Shown: piece by piece, positions 58,901 through 64,000 of the stretch
Numbering within the stretch: position 1 is the stretch's first letter
Layout: the number at the start of each line of letters is the position of its first letter
Assembly (NCBI GenBank): GCA_002633005.1
Contig: NMRA01000070.1
Coordinates: forward strand, 1-64,000
Source of the DNA: Phoronis australis
Taxonomy: Eukaryota; Animalia; Phoronida
Reading direction: 5' to 3'
DNA length: 64,000 bases
Position numbers and translations under genes: made by a program
Notes under the pieces: generated by a model
Databases searched by the model: none
What the model saw: only the letters and a program-made list of their open reading frames with translations
Told to the model about the DNA's origin: nothing

Positions 58901-60179
58901 GAGGCCCTCTGTGAATAATTAGATGTTTATTTTCTCACACTCGTATAATTTGGAAAGTAATTTGTTCATTACTGAAGTGTGCGTGGGTGTACGAATGGTG
59001 TGTGAATGTTTTACCTTCTACATCGTTAGCTAGTTATCATTTCCTGTTATTGTCTTTCTTTTGACAAATAAAATATTAACCTAAAAAAAAAATAATAAAC
59101 TGGGAGACCCCGTTGCTCACTATCAGAACTTCTGCACACTGTGAAAAATACCCAACAAAATTCTGCTCGTCAATTGCAAGTACTTTGCTGTAACAAGAGA
59201 TAGCACGAAAATGTTACTGAAGAAACACAAGACTTTGTTTCTAATTCCCGCGAAAACAATACTGCAACACTTTGCACAGAGATATCACTTCAGATTGACT
59301 TTTTTCACACAATCGCTAATTTTACCATTTAAATTTTGTCTTCAGATGGGACTTTTGAAAAAATGTCTGGTTTAACTAAAACATAAAGTCCTTATATTCC
59401 CACAGTTGTTCACTTCACCCATACTACCTAATATTAATAAAAGTACAATTTCTTATCAAACAAAGAATGTGGTCAAGATGGACAATGACCAATAAATAAT
59501 TACATTAAGTGGTAATAGTGATAGATTCAAAATGTATATTCCAAAAGTTTTAATACATGATTGTCTAGATAATCCAACATGGCCGCTACATTTCATATAA
59601 ATTTACCTTTTTATGAAAAGCAAGCTTCTTTTCCAAAAGGCTGGTATAACACGCATTGAGTCGGCCAAAACCATCTTTAAGGTGCCCCTGTAAGCAAGAA
59701 AATGAATACTCCTTGGTTCATACTGAATACTTCCTGGCAATTCATGCAGAGAATCAAATTACAGCTACTACGATGAATATTCATAGAGGGCTCTGTCAGT
59801 ACTATCCAACATGTACAAAATGTAACCAAATTATTTTGGACAATTCACAAAATGCACTTGTCTGGCAGAAAATTGACATAAAATTAGTGTACTGCCCAAA
59901 AACAAGATTTCTAAAGCTGTCTACAACAATTGCCAACTCACCCACGACACATTCCATACTCACATTCCTAAAGATCAACTCCTAAATGGCATTCAGCTGC
60001 CTAAAACTGCTGGCTTAAGAAGTGAATACCACGCTGATAACTTCTTGGTAACAAATACCATTTAATAATGATTATTATTCGTTATACAACAACAAGAACA
60101 AAGGGTCTAATTCCCGTCTTACCCACAATCTACCCAGGTCTGTCAAATGTGAGCGGTATTTCAGAGAGTCATGAATAAC
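34716..60179 (-). CDS. HIP1: Huntingtin-interacting protein 1 / HIP1R / Sla2 family gene (5'-partial; 24 exons, 3054 nt traced)
   Basis: Recognisable motifs: LGRLWGHLKDGFGRL, SLDMSRSNSMTSAGQCRLAPLIPCIQ, DTLSGHRERF, NPPNFL (ANTH region); FQKLKEIYSKLREEH (coiled coil); DTGVKLEVNERIL, WTEGLLSAAKAVGWGA, KFEELMVCSQEIAASTAQLVVASKVKA, LEMNSQVRVLELE (I/LWEQ). Splice phases are consistent and the total length is divisible by 3. Confidence 0.95.
35832..36061 (-). CDS. HIP1: HIP1 exon (I/LWEQ)
   Basis: ETAEKVVNGKGKFEELMVCSQEIAASTAQLVVASKVKA...EMIEES; G|gtttgt. Confidence 0.95.
36473..36639. mobile_element. Short palindromic MITE
   Basis: ccaaaaatacaagcagacggtttgaaatt / aattttaaactgtctgcttgtatttttgg. 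Confidence 0.7.
36718..36881 (-). CDS. HIP1: HIP1 exon (I/LWEQ)
   Basis: AIRVLVHKAKEMQEEIVSQGRGSASSKDFYKRHHRWTEGLLSAAKAVGWGANVL. Confidence 0.95.
37191..37280 (-). CDS. HIP1: HIP1 exon (I/LWEQ)
   Basis: DMLQKSREADTGVKLEVNERILDSCTALMK|gtaaac. Confidence 0.93.
38165..38349 (-). CDS. HIP1: HIP1 exon
   Basis: DLSKAVG...EIGEMVTNEMEATMEAIEKAAHKIE|gtaggt. Confidence 0.9.
38672..38737 (-). CDS. HIP1: HIP1 exon with probable GC donor
   Basis: ttttcag|LLAKAKEVGEDGLQYLTFLEQ; CAAG|gcatgt. Confidence 0.75.
39503..40818 (+). mobile_element. Non-autonomous Helentron/DINE-like (HINE) element with internal tandem core repeats of about 145 bp
   Basis: 5' aacaag, subterminal atgcgcccac inverted to 3' gtgagcgcat, 3' hairpin then ataaaaa; 8 core repeats. 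Confidence 0.6.
42289..42483 (-). CDS. HIP1: HIP1 exon
   Basis: FMLGSMEPLTRALDQL...ATIEQGE; G|gtgagt. Confidence 0.88.
43117..43395. repeat. Degenerate dimer of about 150 bp
   Basis: gggg(t/c)ccatatttggc...gaaaga.aaatta.atgtt.gccttaaa...catatggt twice. Confidence 0.65.
43477..43566 (-). CDS. HIP1: HIP1 exon
   Basis: NAIEDNKSCLKKAVDSLDEPLEPGVTCTA; G|gtgaga. Confidence 0.88.
44474..44771 (-). CDS. HIP1: HIP1 exon (coiled coil)
   Basis: SLATRVAELEAMKKSLEE...ESRNRML; A|gtaagc. Confidence 0.9.
45271..45408 (-). CDS. HIP1: HIP1 exon
   Basis: EATAELDKLRAEKQVLEES...ELEQEKQ|gtgatt. Confidence 0.85.
47357..47440 (-). CDS. HIP1: HIP1 exon
   Basis: ttaacag|ASEDQMAALEEEKKSLLGTVEKTQLALD|gtaagt. Confidence 0.8.
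47843..48025. repeat. 45-bp perfect tandem repeat x4
   Basis: actatcatgcttgtctgcctcagtaggtgagcctgtgaacagaat at 47843, 47888, 47933, 47978. Confidence 0.92.
49015..49152 (-). CDS. HIP1: HIP1 exon
   Basis: ELEERLEELEQEKSS...EMEEARK|gtattg. Confidence 0.85.
50722..50790 (-). CDS. HIP1: HIP1 exon
   Basis: HAEASKQLNSEKKATEAAEKSKK|gtgaga. Confidence 0.88.
51255..51343 (-). CDS. HIP1: HIP1 exon (coiled coil)
   Basis: IAKSRDEKFQKLKEIYSKLREEHVGLLRQ|gtatgt. Confidence 0.92.
51850..51928 (-). CDS. HIP1: HIP1 exon
   Basis: EKAMILNQLEMVETQAQATDKLQEAE; A|gtaagt. Confidence 0.85.
52385..52646. mobile_element. Non-autonomous DNA element (hAT-like ends), copy 2
   Basis: CAGGGCTTGGAAT...ATTCCAAGCTCT; internal sequence is the reverse complement of 21973-22220. 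Confidence 0.7.
52671..52836 (-). CDS. HIP1: HIP1 exon (coiled coil)
   Basis: DMLIDQLRREIDLLKRQIE...VITK|gtaatt. Confidence 0.9.
53082..53140 (-). CDS. HIP1: HIP1 exon (Pro-rich linker)
   Basis: EPAPPPEPVTATLIQQPDA; AG|gtgaga, phase 0-2. Confidence 0.8.
53701..53850. repeat. 30-bp tandem repeat x5
   Basis: aattctaaagttgtggattagattatttac variants. Confidence 0.85.
54180..54317 (-). CDS. HIP1: HIP1 exon (donor uncertain: 54180 or 54159)
   Basis: NPPNFLKASDLQFHKAPVVVVPGEDMPD...HAPP|gtagtt. Confidence 0.8.
54581..54656 (-). CDS. HIP1: HIP1 exon
   Basis: LRQFYYNSQNLQYFKNLVQVPNFPE|gtatga. Confidence 0.92.
55215..55413 (-). CDS. HIP1: HIP1 exon
   Basis: FGSLDMSRSNSMTSAGQCRLAPLIPCIQESALLYDHIVKLLFKLHSLLPPDTLSGHRERFYTQFK. 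Confidence 0.93.
55832..55893 (-). CDS. HIP1: HIP1 exon
   Basis: FELAVDLLDYMDEILVLQSC; G|gtaagt. Confidence 0.9.
56445..57011. mobile_element. PIF/Harbinger (Tourist-like) MITE
   Basis: TIRs GGGCTGTTCCAG...GGGGGGAAGGCA / TGCCTTCCCCCC...CTGGAACAGCCC with TAA TSD. Confidence 0.8.
57162..57238 (-). CDS. HIP1: HIP1 exon
   Basis: YKAVPGNMVMTKELITEITGNDANG; TT|gtaagt. Confidence 0.88.
57670..57950. repeat. Degenerate minisatellite of about 60 bp, x5
   Basis: Recurring ttgggtacagtgaaatggaaatgggtgtacccaaa (short inverted arms). Confidence 0.7.
59607..59687 (-). CDS. HIP1: HIP1 exon (ANTH)
   Basis: GHLKDGFGRLNACYTSLLEKKLAFHKK|gtaaat. Confidence 0.9.
60123..60179 (-). CDS. HIP1: HIP1 exon (ANTH)
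   Basis: VIHDSLKYRSHLTDLGRLW|gtaaga. Confidence 0.9.
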
Positions 60180-63100
60180 CTGCAAAATACAAGGCAATCT
60201 ACATTACGATAAAAATGCTTCAGTTTGTGACGCAATATGGCGGACAGGTGAAATTCTGTTTTGACAAATATCTCAACAAAAATAACTTTTCAGCCGTATT
60301 TACTTTGCTTTTAGCACGGTTTGTATGGCGTCGCTATTACCAAACACCATTTGGTAAAATTTTGAGCATTTGCAACAATGTAGGAAGCATCTGAAAAATA
60401 CAAATATGGCAATTTTTGCAATTGGTTTTGAAGAATTTTTACTGTAATTCTAGTCTACTGTAGAGAGAGCAAAGATTGTCTTTCCACTTCATTCAGTCTT
60501 TTTGAAGCAGATTAATTTGACAGCAGCCACTCCTGTACACAATTCTTTTTGAACACACAATGTTCACGATTTTGAGTTTTGTTGAAATCGAGGACATTGT
60601 TGCGTGTTCAACAAATTTTGTTATTTAACCCATCAACACAGCACTGTGTTCCATATGTACAGCGTCAAGGCATAAAAAAGTAAGATTGAAGACAATGTAG
60701 GACACACTTTCAAACAGTTTACATGGAAATTTCAACAGACAAAATAGTAATCATTTCCTGACACACTAACTTCATTTACCCATGTCATTTATTTTAATAA
60801 ACAGTGCATATGCCACAAATCAAATGACCACGTTTCAAAAATACAGGACACTAGAGCGCATTAAATTGTTATCACTGTACAGTTTTTAGTCATCAAGAAA
60901 TAGTCAAGATAAATTTGTATGGCACGACCAAGTAACTGCATGTGTCTTATTAGAGTCCTGTGTGGCAAATTGCGGGTTCCAATCTCAGTTGAGTTGTGTT
61001 TGTCTTCTACAAGACAGAGTTCAGAAATGCTAGTGTCTCCCTAGAAAAGCATGAGCGCGCAAGTTTCTGCTAGGTTTAAACGTGTATTTTCAATGAGAGC
61101 ACTAATTTTGGCAAGATTTTTCTTGCTGCGAGACCGCCATTGAACCCGACCGTGGTGGGCACAGTTGTACTCTCAGACCACAGCTCTAGTGTGAAAGGGT
61201 GTCATGAGTAACTGTATGTCTGTTCAAATTCTTCCAACACACTGAAACATAGTGATGAGTGTCTAGCGACCAACTACATGATGGTGCTAAAAAGTTTTCT
61301 AGCATATTTGCCACACAACAAAAAGACTCAGCTGTGATACAGTGCGTACAGTGCACCCTATCCCCTAGACTACAAAGCTGATCTCTGTTGCCTGATCACC
61401 AGACAACGTGGTCTATACTGATGCCTTGTCAATAATACTTTCAGATATTCACCTTTTGTTTGCTTCCAATTAAAAGTCTCATTACTTTCATTTAATTAGC
61501 AAACAATAAGACATCCAACCTGAATTGATATGAATGGTAACAATGACATAAAATCAATTTTTTATTTACTCAAATCTTGTTTATGCCACAAGGTTTTTAC
61601 ATTAACAACTTTTATATAGTGATTTTGTTTTTGAGACATGTAGTCTGCCGGGTAGTAACAAGACATTGTGGTGTTCACAAATATTTTGTTGAATGAGCAA
61701 CGCCCTTTGGACAATACAACTACGTGAATGTTATTGTAGGAAGCAATAGAATTCTCATGTATTTATAATCATGTTTACGGAAGATGTCTGTTTTAATGGA
61801 AAACTACAATAGAAATAAGATTTTTCACAGCAAGTAAACAAGTGATTGCAACTTGGTCATGTTCATTAGCAAGACTGTTCAATACAGTACGACAAACTAG
61901 AAATATCACATTTATGATATTTGTGCCAAGACAAAACGTTATATCCATGTATACTGTAGATAGGCTGCGTTGGCTGCCTGTGGGTTTATGTAAGCCTTAG
62001 GCTAATTAAAATACTCTATTTATCTTAAGACAAGTTTTGTTGAATGTGACATTCCACCAGATCAGTGCTTATCTAATAATGCCATCAAAAACAAACGGAA
62101 CCTGGAGTTCAACAAAACTTGTCACAAAGAAAATTTGCTGCCCAGATACTCTTCATCTTTAAGCAACTAGGAATCTTGATCAAAGAAGTATTTTACACAT
62201 TTTCTGAAACTGGGAGTCATCTCATTCAAAACGCTGGACCACTGGTGAGGTCATGTGACCTGCTGGTATTATGGTTAAAATGTCAATACTTATGGTACAG
62301 AGTTGAGAAAAGTCCTTCAACAATTATTACTTAGAACCATGTGCGCTTTATATGTGACATTGTCTATGAACAACAGTTGTCTTAAGGTTACTTTAAATGT
62401 TATAAAGCGGCCTCCTATATCAAAAAAATAGCTTTGTCAACTAGTAAAAGTATATATTGTCTGAAAGAAAAAAGATCAGGGATTATAAAAATACATTAAA
62501 TATTTATGTGCCATTACGAATATCACATTAACACCTTTTTATGTCAAAATTTAATTTTTAGGAAAGGTACATTTATACCAGAGTAACCCCTCATTCGATT
62601 TTAATGAAACCTTTTTAAATGAAAACTTCACCAGTTACCTCAAAAACTCTGTTAGGAATTTTCGATTAGTCTCTTAGTTTGGTTTCTATGACAAATCAGC
62701 TCGCAAAACGTATGGTATTTTTGTAAAAAATAGCACTGTATTTGTCTTTGCTTCATTACGCAAAAAGTAGGCCTTTTACATCGAAAATCCTAACAGCTTT
62801 TTGAGATTGATAAATAAATATTAAGTTTGGAGAGTTTCAGTAAAATCCAAGCCTTTTTCGACAACTCACGTTCCTAAGTTCAAATGAAGTTGATTTGCCA
62901 AAGTTGAAAAAAACCCGATTGAGAGGGGATACCTGAAAATCTCAAGGTCAGCAGTTAATTATTTGGTGAAAACTTGTTTTCGGTCAACATAACCTATATA
63001 TTCGCAATTCCATCATTCACTTACAATATCTACTGAATTTGCAGCATGTAATTAACTTAATTATCACTAAAATTTTACTTTTGTGACTGTCACCAGTCCC

Positions 63101-63906
63101 ACAGGAGAGGTCAACTGTTGACTTTTAAGTACATCAACAATTCATTGTTATACACACCATGCGCCGGGAGACTGATATGAAACCAAGTATGAAATGGACA
63201 ACAGAAATGGAGTCAGTGGTTAAAGCGGGTCGTGAGCATGAGATCGAAACAGCAAAACGTCAAGTTACCTAGCAACTTAATAATGAATTTGGGTGAGGAT
63301 TTATCTCTTTTCATAACTTACTGATATGAACACAAAGTCACAGAGATGTGTGGTGACTCGGAGCATTCATTCTCATATGCATACAGACGCACAACTCCCT
63401 CAGGATCAAATATGTTTTGTCTTCCTTTTCCCCGGCATCTGTCTATCATATGTGCACTTCGTTGACTCAATATTATAGCGACTCGTTGAGTGAAAGGACT
63501 AAGGGTACATACGGCGCTGTTTTATGCCTGGCGGGAGATTGGATTTGAGTGACAGCCCTGTAACCTTAGACCTTGGATAAGAAGTAAACAAATTTCCACG
63601 CTGTTGTGCGGTTCCATGGTGGTTCTGCTAAATCTTTTTTTTCTCGCTACACAGTACATATTTCGTATTAAAAGAACCCCGAGAATGAAGACACCGTATT
63701 TTGTCAGAAATAAGTCAAATACTGTAAACACAGCCAATGTTTGTGAATAAGGTTTGAGATATCCTTATATGACATTTCCCCTTATTCACAGTCAAAAAAT
63801 GGAAACCCTTGAACACACCCATTAACTCTCAAAACCGGTCTCAAAACTGCCCGTGCTAAACAGTTTCAATCGTCGAGTGAAACTCAGGCGTTACCTGAAC
63901 TGAGAA

Positions 63907-64000
63907 GACAGTATGGCTCAGTGGTTTGAGCTTTGGACTCCCATTTGCGAGACCAGGGTTCAACTCCTGGCTTCACTGGCAGACTTTCAAGCATTAAACA
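63907..64000 (+). mobile_element. tRNA-derived SINE head (runs off window)
   Basis: Pol III A box TGGCTCAGTGG (63914) and B box GGTTCAACTCC (63957); no convincing acceptor stem. Confidence 0.6.

Noticed and set aside
62550-62960. Possible TIR element
   Set aside because: Only weak inverted similarity between the ends and no clear target-site duplication.
63560-63630. Possible upstream HIP1 exon (minus strand ...TAWKFVYFLSKV*)
   Set aside because: The WKF resemblance to the ANTH motif is followed by a stop, with no HK..RDGH-like continuation; the true 5' exons probably lie beyond the window.
63907-63975. tRNA gene
   Set aside because: A and B boxes are present but the acceptor and anticodon stems do not pair convincingly; better read as a SINE head.

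Overview
Intron-rich, AT-rich eukaryotic genomic DNA from an invertebrate animal. A mollusc or other lophotrochozoan is my inference from the protein families and repeats. The window holds two convergent genes, both with their 5' ends outside it. (1) + strand, 205-30850: a large cysteine-rich modular protein (about 1,690 codons visible after removing probable assembly duplicates). It has 11 intact ShKT modules with Pro/Thr/Ser-rich mucin-like linkers and 9 two-exon VWC-like modules, with decayed ShKT pseudo-exons in the introns. (2) - strand, 60179 down to 34716: a HIP1/HIP1R/Sla2 family gene (ANTH C-terminal part, coiled coil, I/LWEQ THATCH domain), traced over 24 phase-consistent exons. It has a likely GC-AG intron, a candidate alternative last exon, a candidate mutually exclusive exon, and repeated 'echo' copies of exon ends plus splice donors. 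Five of the six single Ns sit between near-identical tandem copies, which are most likely uncollapsed haplotype overlaps. The introns carry MITEs, a Helentron-like element with an array of CTCF-like motifs, a Penelope GIY-YIG relic, degenerate hammerhead-like motifs, a tRNA-derived SINE head and minisatellites. All calls come from manual reading; no searches were run.
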